The translations under genes were made by a program, and so were the position numbers. Source: Bdellovibrionota bacterium (GTDB taxonomy: Bacteria > Bdellovibrionota_C > UBA2361 > CALJRW01). Taken from it: 64,000 nt of DNA. Positions 28,217 to 40,084 of the stretch are shown in pieces (within the stretch, counting starts at the first letter, position 1; every line of letters starts with the position of its first letter). The stretch lies in assembly GCA_041740355.1 (NCBI GenBank), contig JBGSMD010000002.1, forward strand, positions 18,070-82,069, written 5' to 3'. Under the pieces are notes generated by a model, which searched no databases, was not told the DNA's origin, and saw only the letters and a program-made list of their open reading frames with translations.

Positions 28217-29989
28217 ATGGTATCAATGATCTTAACTCTATTAATTGCAATATTCTTTGCGATTCTACTTAATCCATTAAGTACTTTGATTTCTTTACCA
28301 ATTATAGTTTTGACAATAGTTTTCCCAAAACTAGTTTTGCCGACACTATTTTTAATTGGAGCAACTCTTGGCAACCAATTCCAAATTTTTACCTTTGGGC
28401 TATTTCTAGTTTATCAAGCAGGAGTAAAGAAAACTAAGATAGCAATCCCAAGAGACTGTATGTATTTTTTCTGTGTTTTAGGAACATGGCTAGTAATTGA
28501 ATTTTATCAACTAACAAACTTAGCGCATTCACTTCAGTTCTTTAAAGATCATGATATCTTCCAGTGGTCTACTTATCTGAAAACAGAATATCATCACCTC
28601 ATTCAAACCGTAACTATCGTTAGTAATCTTTGGTTGATTATAATTTCCTATCAGTTTTTCAAATCATATCAATTAAAGGATTTTAAATTTGGACTAATTC
28701 TGGCTGTCTTGTTGCTACAATTATTAACTACCTATCAAATCTTTATTGATCCATTTATCTTTGGAAATCAAACAAATTTTTGGTTGATGCAACTGAGGTT
28801 CTCTGGCACTTTTACGGATCCCAATGCCTTTGCGCTAGCATCTTTTATTATTATTGGTTTTTTGGTTTTTCTCTCAGAGGAGGATCGTTCCGATAAGAAA
28901 CTACCAGTCATTATCTTTATTCAAATCTTGCTTACCTCATGTTCCGGCTCGCGGACTTTCTTTCTAGCTCTCTTTGGAAGCTTGCTAGGTTTGTCATATC
29001 TGAGAAGTAAAAAATTGTTTTATACAAGTATCATAATATGCTTCTCCACATTATTTTTCATCAACCTACTGTTTTTAGCCAATAGGTTTAGCCCAACCAG
29101 TCTCAGCATATTTCCGACAAGCATTTACAGAGTACTAACCAGCTTAAATATCGAAGATGTAAGTCAAACGTTTTTTTCTCGGCAAGTTTTTAATGAGCTG
29201 AATTTTTTAATTTTCAAGGATTACCCAATCTTTGGTATTGGACTTAATCAATTCGATCAGTTTTTACCAAGCTATCAAAACTTATTACATAGTGATATTG
29301 GAAGTTGGGTTGATAACAATAATAATTTCTATTTTGGCTTACTATCAGAGCTTGGACTCTTGGGCTTTCTGAGTTTTCTGTGCTTAATTAATTGTTTTCG
29401 TTTTGACTTTTCGAAATCTAAAATCTTAATTGTCTTCTGTCTAGTTTTTCTCTCTTTACTCCTCCTTGGCCCTCATTTCTATTTTACAGAAGTAAGCATA
29501 CTTTTTGGTTTTCTAGTGAGTCAGGTTGTTAGGGAAAATCCTAGTATTACTCAAAAATGCCCAAGAATCCTAAGTCTGGCTTTCTGCCTTGTAATCATTT
29601 TAGGATGCATAAGTAATTCAAGGTTTCGAACAATTGGACTTTATCCAGTAGAACAAGATGGAGTTGGTAATTTTCATTGGTCCAAGCAAGAAGCTAAGAT
29701 TTTTCTTGATTGTTCTAAAGTTCAAAGCTTAGCACTTGAAGAGTTTATGCCTGATGTCAAAATTCAAAGCTTGCAAATCTCTGAGTTTGGAAGAGTTCCT
29801 CTTCTCGGGCAAAAATTCGTAGACTTAAAGTTAGATGGTGGGAAATTTATTTGCCCAGATATTCAAAGTCAATTTCAAATTTACTTAAAACTTTCTGGTG
29901 TTTGGCAACCAATTAATATTATTCCGTCTTCCAATGACCAAAGATACCTAGGGGTCAAGGTTAGGTTTAATTATTTCTCGCCCTTTTAG
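28217..29989 (+). CDS. O-antigen ligase (WaaL/Wzy_C)-family membrane protein
   Basis: RFSGTFTDPN, SGSRT, PIFGIG, NNFYFGLLSELGLLG; many TM helices. Confidence 0.75.
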   Translation: MVSMILTLLIAIFFAILLNPLSTLISLPIIVLTIVFPKLVLPTLFLIGATLGNQFQIFTFGLFLVYQAGVKKTKIAIPRDCMYFFCVLGTWLVIEFYQLTNLAHSLQFFKDHDIFQWSTYLKTEYHHLIQTVTIVSNLWLIIISYQFFKSYQLKDFKFGLILAVLLLQLLTTYQIFIDPFIFGNQTNFWLMQLRFSGTFTDPNAFALASFIIIGFLVFLSEEDRSDKKLPVIIFIQILLTSCSGSRTFFLALFGSLLGLSYLRSKKLFYTSIIICFSTLFFINLLFLANRFSPTSLSIFPTSIYRVLTSLNIEDVSQTFFSRQVFNELNFLIFKDYPIFGIGLNQFDQFLPSYQNLLHSDIGSWVDNNNNFYFGLLSELGLLGFLSFLCLINCFRFDFSKSKILIVFCLVFLSLLLLGPHFYFTEVSILFGFLVSQVVRENPSITQKCPRILSLAFCLVIILGCISNSRFRTIGLYPVEQDGVGNFHWSKQEAKIFLDCSKVQSLALEEFMPDVKIQSLQISEFGRVPLLGQKFVDLKLDGGKFICPDIQSQFQIYLKLSGVWQPINIIPSSNDQRYLGVKVRFNYFSPF

Positions 29990-30052
29990 CACGCAGAAGT
30001 TCGATGCAATAATATTGTAAATTCTGAGTTTGCCAAAAGGGGAGAACGAGCC

Positions 30053-30082
30053 TTGACTTAACAGCACACTCTCGAGTATCAT
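30053..30082 (+). promoter_or_regulatory. Sigma70-type promoter of the pyr operon
   Basis: TTGACT-N18-TATCAT just upstream of the PyrR site. Confidence 0.5.
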
Positions 30083-30089
30083 CATTTAG

Positions 30090-30124
30090 CCCTTTAACGA
30101 GTACCTGTGAGTTCTCCAAGGAAA
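30090..30124 (+). promoter_or_regulatory. PyrR-binding RNA element
   Basis: CCTTTAAcgAGTACCTGTGAGTTCTccAAGG resembles the PyrR binding loop CCUUUAA..AGUCCNGNGAGGCU..AAGG; lies in the pyrR leader. Confidence 0.65.
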
Positions 30125-30217
30125 TAAACCTATCTTAAGCAGACGACTGTCTCAATCCTTGCGTGCTCATATCTCTCAATTATAAGGATAATTCAATCTT
30201 TACAGAGGTAACATTAC

Positions 30218-30799
30218 ATGTCCGAGCAAAAGAAAAGCATTCCCAAAGACTGGATTAAACTGATTGATTCTGAAATTATTAAAAAATGTATTACCAGAAT
30301 TTCCTATGAAATCCTTGAAAAAGGGATTCCCTTGGATCAGTTAGCAATCGTTGGGATCCACACTGGTGGAGAATACATTGCACGCCGAATCCATCAGTGT
30401 ATTCAACAAATTGAAAATCGTGAAATTAACCTAGGGGTAATCGATATTACATTATATCGAGATGATTTAAGTCATGCCTCTGCACAGCCTGTAATTAAAG
30501 CTACTGATTTACCATTTGATGTTGATGATTCTCACATTATCTTAGTTGATGATGTTTTTTATACCGGAAGAACAATTCGCGCGGCTTTAGATGCGATCAT
30601 TGATTTTGGAAGACCAAATTGTATCGAATTAGCTGTGTTAATGGATCGCGGACACCGAGAACTTCCAATTCGGGCTGATTATGTTGGGAAGAATATTCCA
30701 ACCAAGAGAAATGAATTTGTACGAGTCAGACTGGAAGAGTTAGGGTATGAAGATGCTGTATATTTAATCTCCGCTGAACATAATCGTGATAATAGATAG
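30218..30799 (+). CDS. pyrR: Pyrimidine regulatory protein/uracil phosphoribosyltransferase PyrR
   Basis: DITLYRDD, LVDDVFYTGRT, DRGHRELPIRADYVGKN. Confidence 0.97.
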   Translation: MSEQKKSIPKDWIKLIDSEIIKKCITRISYEILEKGIPLDQLAIVGIHTGGEYIARRIHQCIQQIENREINLGVIDITLYRDDLSHASAQPVIKATDLPFDVDDSHIILVDDVFYTGRTIRAALDAIIDFGRPNCIELAVLMDRGHRELPIRADYVGKNIPTKRNEFVRVRLEELGYEDAVYLISAEHNRDNR

Positions 30800-30817
30800 T
30801 TTATTAAAAAATCTTTT

Positions 30818-31792
30818 ATGAAAAGTGACCAATTAAGGACACCGAAACATTTACTAGGTTTAGAATATATCACGTCAGATGATTTTTTTAAGATAATTAA
30901 TAATTCCTTGGCGCTTGCCGAAATATCTTCTCGCGATATTAAAAAAACACCCGCACTTCGTGGAAAAACAATTATTAATTTTTTCTGCGAACCAAGCACT
31001 CGCACAAGAACTAGCTTCGAAATTGCTGGCAAATGGTTGTCGGCTGATACTATAAACGTTACTGCCGCAGATAGTTCCTTTAAAAAAGGGGAGTCATTTG
31101 TTGATACAATTAAAACTCTACAAGCGATGCATCCCGATGCGATAGTGGTTCGTCATCAAGATGGTGGAATTCCAAACCTAATGGCTAAACATCTAAAAAA
31201 TGTAGCAATTCTAAATGCTGGTGACGGTACTCACGAACATCCAACACAAGCTTTATTAGATTGCGTTAGTCTAATCCAACACTATGGTCTGGGGGTGGAT
31301 GGTCTTCGCAATAAAACAATCGCGATTGTTGGAGACGTTCTGCATTCTCGTGTAGTTCGAAGTAATCTTTGGGCTCATTATTTACTTGGTAATAAAGTTA
31401 AGCTTGTTGGACCAAGTACCTTAGTACCTAAAGAATTTGAGCAAATCACTCCTGGTAATGTTTCAGTTCACCATGATTTAAAATCTGGAGTGGAAGGTGC
31501 GGACATTGTGATGTGCCTTCGGTTACAACTTGAGCGTCAAAATAATTTTTTTATTCCGAATGCTCAAGAATATACAAATCAGTATTTCGTAAGTCGTAAA
31601 TTATTAAATCAATATGCTAATTCAAACTATGTAGTGATGCACCCTGGTCCAATTAACCGTGGAATTGAAGTTGAAACAGATTTAATTGATTCCAATTCAT
31701 CTTTAGTTGAAAGTCAGATATCAGCGGGACTTGCCGTAAGAATGGCTTGTTTAATTCGATCCTGTATTGGAGAAGAGACGATTGCAAGTTAA
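30818..31792 (+). CDS. pyrB: Aspartate carbamoyltransferase catalytic subunit
   Basis: EPSTRT, NAGDG.HEHPTQ, HPGPINRG. Confidence 0.97.
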   Translation: MKSDQLRTPKHLLGLEYITSDDFFKIINNSLALAEISSRDIKKTPALRGKTIINFFCEPSTRTRTSFEIAGKWLSADTINVTAADSSFKKGESFVDTIKTLQAMHPDAIVVRHQDGGIPNLMAKHLKNVAILNAGDGTHEHPTQALLDCVSLIQHYGLGVDGLRNKTIAIVGDVLHSRVVRSNLWAHYLLGNKVKLVGPSTLVPKEFEQITPGNVSVHHDLKSGVEGADIVMCLRLQLERQNNFFIPNAQEYTNQYFVSRKLLNQYANSNYVVMHPGPINRGIEVETDLIDSNSSLVESQISAGLAVRMACLIRSCIGEETIAS

Positions 31793-31817
31793 GGAATTTA
31801 TTGTTTAAGAATAGAGA

Positions 31818-33119
31818 ATGGTTCAGAAAAATAAAATTTTAATAAAGCATGCTCGGGTCATTGATCCTGATTCAAAAACAGATGCTATTCTTGATGTTCT
31901 TATTGAAGACTCACAAATTAAAGCTGTTGAAAAACCAGGTACTCTAAGCTCTGGAACCGACACAAATACAATTGATGGAAGTAATCATTGGTTAATTCCG
32001 GGATTAATTGATCTTCATGTCCATTTACGAGAACCTGGTCAAGAATGGAAAGAAACAATTCATAGTGGTTGTCAGGCGGCGATTAGTGGGGGATACACGA
32101 CGGTTTGTGCCATGCCAAATACCAAGCCAGTTAATGATTGTATCGAGATTACTAAGTATATTAAAGAAAAAGCAGCTCAAGCTAACCTAGCCAAAGTTAT
32201 TCCTATTGGTGCTGTTTCTCATAATTTAGAAGGTAAGCAGATGTCCTCGCTTTCAGAGCTATATCAAGCAGGATGTTTAGCATTTTCTGACGATGGACAA
32301 CCAATTTATGACTCCGGTTTAATGCGTCGAGCTCTAGAATGGTGTCGTATGACAGATGCCGTTATTTGCTGTCATGAAGAAGATAAGTGCCTTAGTTGCG
32401 GAGGCGCAATGAACGAGTCAGCATTATCTTATAAGTTAGGACTTCCGGGAATGTCGACCATAGCGGAAGATGTCATGGTTGCTAGAGATATAGAATTAGC
32501 AAGATTTACAGGTGGCCGAGTTCATATCTGTCACATTTCTAGTGAACGGGGAGTTGAACTAATTCGCCGTGCAAAAAATGATGGAATCAATATTACCTGC
32601 GAAGTTACTCCTCACCATCTAACTTTGAATGAAGACTGCTTAGCGGACTATGATACTAATTACAAAATGAGCCCACCACTTCGTTCTGAAGCTACTAGAC
32701 AAGCTTTGATTGCAGGAATTAAAGATGGAACTATTGATTGTATAGCTAGCGATCATGCTCCTCATGAATTTGATAGTAAAAATACTTCTTTTCCTCAAGC
32801 ATCGATGGGGATCTTAGGTTTACAAACAAGCTTGCCACTGATGTTAGAGTTTTGTGAACAAAAAATTATTACTCCACTTCAATTAGTTAGCCTACTTGCT
32901 ACAAATCCAGCAAAGATTTTTAAATTAGAGCAGGGTCGAATCAAGGTTGGTGCTCCAGCCGATCTGGTTCTGCTTAATCCAACGAAAGAATGGGCATTCA
33001 CTCGTGAAAATAATCTTTCCAAAAGTTTTAACAGTCCTTTTTTAAATCGAACTCTTAAGGGGGAGTGTTCGGTTGTGATGGTTGATGGTCAAATCAAAAC
33101 ACTAGTAAATGATAAATAA
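31818..33119 (+). CDS. pyrC: Dihydroorotase
   Basis: DLHVHLREPG, MPNT, EVTPHH, ASDHAPH. Confidence 0.96.
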   Translation: MVQKNKILIKHARVIDPDSKTDAILDVLIEDSQIKAVEKPGTLSSGTDTNTIDGSNHWLIPGLIDLHVHLREPGQEWKETIHSGCQAAISGGYTTVCAMPNTKPVNDCIEITKYIKEKAAQANLAKVIPIGAVSHNLEGKQMSSLSELYQAGCLAFSDDGQPIYDSGLMRRALEWCRMTDAVICCHEEDKCLSCGGAMNESALSYKLGLPGMSTIAEDVMVARDIELARFTGGRVHICHISSERGVELIRRAKNDGINITCEVTPHHLTLNEDCLADYDTNYKMSPPLRSEATRQALIAGIKDGTIDCIASDHAPHEFDSKNTSFPQASMGILGLQTSLPLMLEFCEQKIITPLQLVSLLATNPAKIFKLEQGRIKVGAPADLVLLNPTKEWAFTRENNLSKSFNSPFLNRTLKGECSVVMVDGQIKTLVNDK

Positions 33120-34272
33120 TATGAAAAATAAAGCTATCCTTGTCTTAGCAGATGGTCGTCACTTCGAAGGTGAATCTTTTGGGGCAGATATTAGCTCTGA
33201 CAATCCAATTGTAGGAGAAGTGGTCTTTAATACTTCCATGTTTGGCTATCAAGAAATCATTACTGACCCAAGTTATGCTGGGCAAATCATGTGCTTTACA
33301 ACAGCACAGATTGGCAATGTTGGTTGCAACGAAGAAGATGTGGAATCAAAAAAAGTTCACGCTATGGGCGTGATAGTCAAAAATTACTCCGATTTCTACT
33401 CTAATTTTCGTGCTAAAGAATCCTTAAGCAGTTACTTAAAGAAAAATAATATTCCAGGAATTGCCAAGATTGATACCCGGGCATTAGTCCAACACCTTCG
33501 AGATAATGGCTCACAAATGGGGGCTATTGCTTGTGGTGAAAATATTGATCTTGAAAAATTACTCGCTAAAGCAAAATTAGCTGGTAGCATGGAAGGCAAG
33601 AATTATGTTCGTGCCGTTAGTTGCACTGAACCTTACACTTGGTCACAGCTTCCATGGGATTCAACATCTAATGCTTATCCTGAATTACTAAAAACAGAAT
33701 TATTAAAGCGTCCTCACTTAGTAGCCTTAGATTTTGGAATTAAATTTAATATCCTCAGACTTCTAACACAAATTGGATTTAGAGTTACTGTATTACCAGC
33801 TTATAGTTCAGCAAAAGAGATTCGTGATCATAATCCGGATGCCGTGTTTCTTTCCAATGGACCGGGTGATCCCGCAACACTCTTAGAAATTGTGGCCGTC
33901 ACTAAAGAGCTGATTTCAGAGTTACCAATTTTTGGAATTTGCCTTGGTCATCAAATTCTTTGCCAAGCACTTGGTGGAAAAACTTATAAGTTAAAATTTG
34001 GTCACCGTGGTGGAAATCATCCTGTTCTAGATTGTATAACTAAGAAAGTTGAGATTACTTCTCAGAATCACGGATTTGCTGTGAAACAAGATAGCTTGGG
34101 TAAGAATGTGTTAATTAGTCACGTCAACTTAAATGACAACACAGTGGAAGGATTAGCTGATGCCAACTTAAAAGTATTCTCAGTACAATACCATCCCGAA
34201 GCTTCGCCTGGTCCACATGATTCAAATTACCTTTTTCAAAATTTTTATAATTTAGTAGTAGAAAATGCCTAA
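33109..34272 (+). CDS. carA: Carbamoyl-phosphate synthase small subunit
   Basis: [26 protein letters not shown]. Confidence 0.97.
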   Translation: MINNMKNKAILVLADGRHFEGESFGADISSDNPIVGEVVFNTSMFGYQEIITDPSYAGQIMCFTTAQIGNVGCNEEDVESKKVHAMGVIVKNYSDFYSNFRAKESLSSYLKKNNIPGIAKIDTRALVQHLRDNGSQMGAIACGENIDLEKLLAKAKLAGSMEGKNYVRAVSCTEPYTWSQLPWDSTSNAYPELLKTELLKRPHLVALDFGIKFNILRLLTQIGFRVTVLPAYSSAKEIRDHNPDAVFLSNGPGDPATLLEIVAVTKELISELPIFGICLGHQILCQALGGKTYKLKFGHRGGNHPVLDCITKKVEITSQNHGFAVKQDSLGKNVLISHVNLNDNTVEGLADANLKVFSVQYHPEASPGPHDSNYLFQNFYNLVVENA

Positions 34273-37200
34273 AAGAACTGACTTAAAATCGATTTTAATT
34301 ATCGGCTCTGGTCCAATTGTAATTGGACAAGCCTGTGAGTTTGATTATTCTGGCGCTCAAGCAATTAAAGCTTTAAAGGAAGAAGGCTATCGAGTAATTC
34401 TCGTTAATTCTAATCCAGCAACAATCATGACAGATCCGGATTTTGCCGATGCTGTTTATCTTGAGCCAATCACGCCAGAGTTTGTTAAAAAAGTAATCGC
34501 TAAGGAACGTCCATGTGCTGTTTTACCAACAATGGGCGGTCAAACTGCGCTTAACATCGCAATTGAACTTGATGAACAAGGAGTCTTTAAAGAATTCAAC
34601 TGCGAATTAATCGGTGCCAAGATTCCTTCAATTAAGATGGCGGAAGACCGTAAACTTTTTCGTGATGCCATGGATGAAATTGGCTTGGAATCAGCCAAGA
34701 GTTTCGTTGTTCACTCTGTTAATGAAGCTAAGGATCTTATCTCACAGATCGGTTATCCGATGGTGCTTAGGCCATCTCGAACATTAGGGGGTACTGGTGG
34801 TGGAATTGTTCGTAATGAACAAGAGTTACAAGCAAAAGTGCATATGGCACTTTCTGCAAGTCCTAACCATGAAGTCTTAATTGAAGAGTCACTCTTAGGT
34901 TGGAAAGAAATTGAATTAGAAGTAATGCGTGATCTTAATGATAACGTTGTGATTATTTGCTCTATTGAAAACTTAGATCCGATGGGAGTTCACACCGGAG
35001 ATTCTATTACTGTTGCTCCAATTCAAACCTTAACTGATAAAGAATATCAGGTTCTTCGTGATGCCTCGATTAAAGTTATTCGTAAGATTGGGGTTGATAC
35101 TGGGGGTTCTAACGTACAGTTCGCAATAAACCCTGTAGATGGTCGTGTAATTGTAATTGAAATGAATCCACGAGTATCACGAAGCTCAGCTTTAGCATCC
35201 AAAGCAACGGGTTTTCCTATCGCTAAAATTGCGGCCAAACTTGCTGTAGGTTATTCACTTGATGAAATCCCAAATGATATTACTAAAGAAACACCAGCCA
35301 GTTTCGAACCAGCTATTGATTATGTAGTTGTTAAAATTCCTCGATTTAATTTTGAAAAATTCCCCTTGGCTGAAGCAGTCCTTGGTACTCAGATGAAATC
35401 TGTTGGAGAGGTGATGGCCTTTGGTAGTAGTTTTGGAGAAGCTCTTCAAAAAGCACTTTGCAGTATGGAAATTAATTCCTCTGGATTTGATCGAGAGAAT
35501 CTAGTTGTTGGACTTGATCAGCAAGACATTCTTTTAAAAACAGCAATTCCTTCGCCCGACCGAATTTATTATTTAGCGGAAGCGCTTAGAGCAGGTGCAA
35601 CAATTTCTGAAATATATCAGATTTCGGCGGTGGATCCTTGGTTCTTAAATGAAATAAAACAAATTATTGATTGCGAAATGGAACTAGCTGTTAAGCCATT
35701 AGAGACCATTTCTGCGGAGAAACTTTGGAGTTTGAAGCAAAAAGGTTTTTCTGATGAGCGTCTAGCTACATTACTAAAAGTTTCAGAACACACTTTTCGT
35801 GATTACCGAAAAAAATTGGCAGTCATTCCTAACTTTAAAGCTGTTGATACCTGTGCCGCTGAGTTTAAAGCTAACACACCCTATTTATATTCTAGCTACG
35901 AGCAAACCGAAGATGCACCTCCAAGTAACAACAAGAAGGTGTTGATACTTGGTTCAGGCCCAAACCGAATTGGACAAGGCATTGAGTTTGATTATTGCTG
36001 TGTCCATGCTGTTCAAGCTTTGCGCAGTGCTGGTTATGAAACAATCATGCTTAATTGTAATCCAGAAACAGTTTCTACCGACTATGACACTGCCGATCGT
36101 TTATACTTCGAACCATTAACTTTAGAGTCAGTTTTAAATGTAATTGATCGCGAAAAACCTTTTGGTGTGATAGTTCAATTTGGTGGCCAAACCCCCTTAA
36201 AACTAGCTAGAGATCTTAAGAATGTAGGCGTAAATATTATTGGAACATCCGTTGAGTCAATTGAGCTGGCCGAGGATCGTGAATTATTTTCTAGCCTAAT
36301 TACTAAGCTAAATTTAAAACAACCAGAATTTGCTACGGTTAGAACTTTAGATGAAGCATTAGCTGCCGCCGAACGTATTTCTTATCCTTTGATGATTCGT
36401 CCTTCATTTGTTTTAGGCGGAAGAGCCATGAGAGTTGTTTTTACTGATCAAGACTTAATTCACTATATGAATGAGTCCGTAGAAGTTTCTCAAAACAGAC
36501 CTATCTTAATCGATCGATATTTACATAATGCTATTGAGGTAGACGTTGACTTAGTCTCTGATGGACAGGAAGTAATAATTGCAGGAATTATGGAGCATAT
36601 TGAACGAGCTGGCATCCATTCCGGAGATAGTTCTAGTTGTTTACCTCCACCAACATTAAAGCCTGTGATTATAAATGAACTTAAAGCTTTTGCTACGGCA
36701 CTGGCCAAGGAATTAAAAGTTATTGGTTTAATGAACGCTCAGTTTGCCGTTACTAAAGAACAAGAAATTTTTATTATCGAAGCAAATCCGAGGGCTTCTA
36801 GAACTATACCATTCGTTAGTAAAGCTACTGGAACTCCATGGGCTAAAGTTGCCGCACTCACAATGGTTCAAAAAACTTTAAGAGAACAAGAAATTACAGA
36901 ACCATTACATGATAAATATTTTGCAGTTAAAGCCAGTGTTTTTCCATTCTCCAAATTTCCAGGAGTAGACACCATTCTTGGGCCTGAGATGAAATCTACT
37001 GGAGAAGTTATGGGAATTGATATTTCTTTTCCGGCAGCATTTGCTAAAGCTCAAGTTGCTGTCGGGAATTTATTACCAACCGTGGGAAAAGTTTTTTTAA
37101 GTTTAATGGATGCTGATAAACCTGAGGCTCAAAATTTAATTGAATTACTAAAAGCAACTAATTTTAAAATAGTAGCCACAAAAGGTACAGCTAAATATCT

Positions 37201-37477
37201 TAACTCAGTTGGGCTAGAAGCAGATTCAATTAATAAGGTAAGAGAAGGTTCCCCACATATTGTCGAAGAATTGGAGTCGGGAAGTATTGCCTTAGTAATT
37301 AATACACCAGAAGGTCCTGCGCCAATGCTTGATTCTCGCTCAATTCGCTTAGTCGCTAACGAACAAAGGGTTCCAACATTTACCACAATTGCAGCTGCGG
37401 AAGCTGCCTTGCAATCAATAAAATCCTTACAAGACGATCATAATGTGGAAGTTCGTGCTATAAAAAGCTACTATTAA
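34265..37477 (+). CDS. carB: Carbamoyl-phosphate synthase large subunit
   Basis: [24 protein letters not shown], two ATP-grasp halves, MGS domain. Confidence 0.98.
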   Translation: MPKRTDLKSILIIGSGPIVIGQACEFDYSGAQAIKALKEEGYRVILVNSNPATIMTDPDFADAVYLEPITPEFVKKVIAKERPCAVLPTMGGQTALNIAIELDEQGVFKEFNCELIGAKIPSIKMAEDRKLFRDAMDEIGLESAKSFVVHSVNEAKDLISQIGYPMVLRPSRTLGGTGGGIVRNEQELQAKVHMALSASPNHEVLIEESLLGWKEIELEVMRDLNDNVVIICSIENLDPMGVHTGDSITVAPIQTLTDKEYQVLRDASIKVIRKIGVDTGGSNVQFAINPVDGRVIVIEMNPRVSRSSALASKATGFPIAKIAAKLAVGYSLDEIPNDITKETPASFEPAIDYVVVKIPRFNFEKFPLAEAVLGTQMKSVGEVMAFGSSFGEALQKALCSMEINSSGFDRENLVVGLDQQDILLKTAIPSPDRIYYLAEALRAGATISEIYQISAVDPWFLNEIKQIIDCEMELAVKPLETISAEKLWSLKQKGFSDERLATLLKVSEHTFRDYRKKLAVIPNFKAVDTCAAEFKANTPYLYSSYEQTEDAPPSNNKKVLILGSGPNRIGQGIEFDYCCVHAVQALRSAGYETIMLNCNPETVSTDYDTADRLYFEPLTLESVLNVIDREKPFGVIVQFGGQTPLKLARDLKNVGVNIIGTSVESIELAEDRELFSSLITKLNLKQPEFATVRTLDEALAAAERISYPLMIRPSFVLGGRAMRVVFTDQDLIHYMNESVEVSQNRPILIDRYLHNAIEVDVDLVSDGQEVIIAGIMEHIERAGIHSGDSSSCLPPPTLKPVIINELKAFATALAKELKVIGLMNAQFAVTKEQEIFIIEANPRASRTIPFVSKATGTPWAKVAALTMVQKTLREQEITEPLHDKYFAVKASVFPFSKFPGVDTILGPEMKSTGEVMGIDISFPAAFAKAQVAVGNLLPTVGKVFLSLMDADKPEAQNLIELLKATNFKIVATKGTAKYLNSVGLEADSINKVREGSPHIVEELESGSIALVINTPEGPAPMLDSRSIRLVANEQRVPTFTTIAAAEAALQSIKSLQDDHNVEVRAIKSYY

Positions 37478-37564
37478 GTTAAGCTAAATCTGACCCCATT
37501 TTTTTATGTCCGAGAGAGAAACTCTAAGACAGGCAATATTTTATATCACTATAGAAACATTATT

Positions 37565-38038
37565 ATGAAATTTCCGATAACACCAAAGGGTCTTGAAAAG
37601 ATTAAACATGAGCTTGTTGAGATGAAAGCTCAACGACCAATTATCGCCGAAGAGATTGCTACAGCTCGTGGCCATGGAGATCTCTCCGAGAATGCTGATT
37701 ATGATGCCGCCCGCGAAAAATCTGGAATGCTGGAAGCAAGAATTAGAGATTATGAAGCTAGGATAGGGAATGCTGAAGTAATCGATCCAAGCCTACTAAA
37801 AGATTACACTAAGGTTGTTTTTGGAGTTACAGTTAAACTAGAAGAAATTAATTCTGGTGAAAGCAAGACTGTTACTATTTTAGGATCTTCCGAAAGCGAT
37901 ACTAGTAAAGGTATTATTTCTTATGATACCCCCTTGGCTAAAGCTTTAATTGGCAAGTCTGTTGGTGAGATTGCCGAAATTCGTCTGCCTGCGGGCCTTC
38001 GTGAATATGAAATAATTGAAATAACAGTAGCTGTATGA
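37565..38038 (+). CDS. greA: Transcription elongation factor GreA
   Basis: ARGHGDLSENADY, PLAKALIGK. Confidence 0.96.
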   Translation: MKFPITPKGLEKIKHELVEMKAQRPIIAEEIATARGHGDLSENADYDAAREKSGMLEARIRDYEARIGNAEVIDPSLLKDYTKVVFGVTVKLEEINSGESKTVTILGSSESDTSKGIISYDTPLAKALIGKSVGEIAEIRLPAGLREYEIIEITVAV

Positions 38039-39834
38039 TTTCACCCGAAACGATTGAAAAAGTTAAAGACATCAGTATCGTTGATTTGATATCCGAAACT
38101 GTTTCATTAAAAAGGGCCGGAAATAACTTTACCGGACTTTGCCCTTTTCATAATGAAAAATCTCCTTCTTTCCATGTTAAAGCCGAACAAGATTTCTTTC
38201 ATTGCTTTGGTTGTGGCGAGTCTGGAAATGCAATTTCATTTGCGATGAAGACTCAAAATTTAAGTTTCCCAGAAGCTATTGAATACCTTGCCAATAAATT
38301 TAATATTCCTATTGTTTATACTAATACAACAACTTCGCAAGCTGGTAACTCTAAAAACGATCTTTATAAAATCAATGCCTTGGCCTACGAATTTTTCCAA
38401 GAGCAACTTAAGAATTCTCCAGCAGTAGTTAGAAACTATATTGATAAAAGACAATTACTTCCGGAAGCTATTAAGAAATTTACAGTTGGTTATGCACCTG
38501 CCGAATGGGGGATGCTGCATCAGTTTTTACTCTCACGCAAAGTTGATCCAAAAATCCTGATGGAATCAGCCCTCGTCAAAAGAAACTCGTCCGGAAAGTA
38601 TTATGATACCTTTCGCGATCGCTTAATATTTCCAATTTGGGTTGATAATTCACGTATTGCTGGTTTTGGTGGAAGAATTATCACAGAAGATCCAAATAAC
38701 CCGCAAGCGAAATACCTTAATTCGCCCGAGACAAAAGTCTACCAAAAAAGTCAGATCTTTTATGGATTACCTCAAGCCCTAAATGCTATTAAAACTGAGA
38801 AAAAAGTCTACATTGTAGAAGGCTATTTGGATGTAATCGCCTTACACCAAGTCAATGTTTGTAATGTAATTGCTACCTGTGGCACAGCTCTTACTGAGCA
38901 ACACGTAAAAAAACTTGGTGGCCTTGCCACACAAGTACAATTGCTATTTGACGGGGATTCAGCAGGACAAGCTGCCGCTGCTAAGTGCTTTCCACAGATG
39001 ATTAATTTTGAAGCCGATATTGCTGTATTATTCTTGCCTGATCAGCAAGATCCTGATGATTTTGCCAAGCTACATAAGAACAATACTTTTACCGAATTAG
39101 GTAAGTTAACATCTAAGTCTTTGATGGAATGTTACCTGGACGATCAAGTTAAAAAGCAAGGCTATGAAGGACGTAGTGCCCTTGGTGCAGTAATTAAGAG
39201 TAAGCTAGCTGAGCAGGTCAATAAGATTATTGGTCAAAATACTAACCCGATAGTTCGTACCGAATTACAAAAACAACTACAATTTCTACTTAACCTTAAA
39301 TTGACTGACCTAACTTCTCATCCAATTTCCCCAGAGATTATCTTTCAAGAAGAGCTAAATGATTCTCAGACAAGTAACGTCATTCCTAAAATTGAGGATT
39401 TGGATTATTTAAATCGCGACATCTTAAAATTTGCGATTATAAAGAAAGGGGAAGCTTGTCGCTTAATCCTAAATAATTCGAGCTTGGCACAACACTTAGA
39501 TTCTAATGTTAGCAATTTTATTGCCAGTGTCCTAGAAATCGATCAGGATCAAAGTTCTGACCTAAACCAAAGAAAGAATGAGCTAAAATCACTATTAGAT
39601 TTGTATCCTATTTCATGGACCGAGTTCTGGAAATTAGGCTCAAAACAGGCAGCTGATACTACTTTTAATGCCGAACAGCTCTATAAGCAAATCCTGCAAG
39701 AGGTAAAGAAACGCCCTTGGAAACAGCAAATAAGCTTGTTAGAAACCCAAATTAAAAATGCCCATAGCGAAGATGATAAAACTAAATTAGCCACGGAATT
39801 GATAGAGGCTAATAAGATTCTTAGAAAACTTTAA
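38035..39834 (+). CDS. dnaG: DNA primase
   Basis: CPFHNEKSPS..CFGC zinc finger, KYLNSPET, VEGYLD, FDGD. Confidence 0.97.
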   Translation: MISPETIEKVKDISIVDLISETVSLKRAGNNFTGLCPFHNEKSPSFHVKAEQDFFHCFGCGESGNAISFAMKTQNLSFPEAIEYLANKFNIPIVYTNTTTSQAGNSKNDLYKINALAYEFFQEQLKNSPAVVRNYIDKRQLLPEAIKKFTVGYAPAEWGMLHQFLLSRKVDPKILMESALVKRNSSGKYYDTFRDRLIFPIWVDNSRIAGFGGRIITEDPNNPQAKYLNSPETKVYQKSQIFYGLPQALNAIKTEKKVYIVEGYLDVIALHQVNVCNVIATCGTALTEQHVKKLGGLATQVQLLFDGDSAGQAAAAKCFPQMINFEADIAVLFLPDQQDPDDFAKLHKNNTFTELGKLTSKSLMECYLDDQVKKQGYEGRSALGAVIKSKLAEQVNKIIGQNTNPIVRTELQKQLQFLLNLKLTDLTSHPISPEIIFQEELNDSQTSNVIPKIEDLDYLNRDILKFAIIKKGEACRLILNNSSLAQHLDSNVSNFIASVLEIDQDQSSDLNQRKNELKSLLDLYPISWTEFWKLGSKQAADTTFNAEQLYKQILQEVKKRPWKQQISLLETQIKNAHSEDDKTKLATELIEANKILRKL

Positions 39835-40084
39835 ATTCAATCAAAAGCTGATTAATAGCTTCAAATCCTTGATATAAAAATAGCTCAGTATAGCCTTCCC
39901 CAAAATGCCCATAAACTTGACGAATTGCTGAAACTTTTACAATAAGCTATAAACTTTAGCCTTAATACTAAGAGTAAATAACCAGTTAATTTCATGACTT
40001 CGTTGTAGTTTTGGAATGAAAATTATTCTGCTTGGCTCTTAGTTGCAATCTAGCGTTTGCTAAATAATTTAGGAGTTTTATTCC

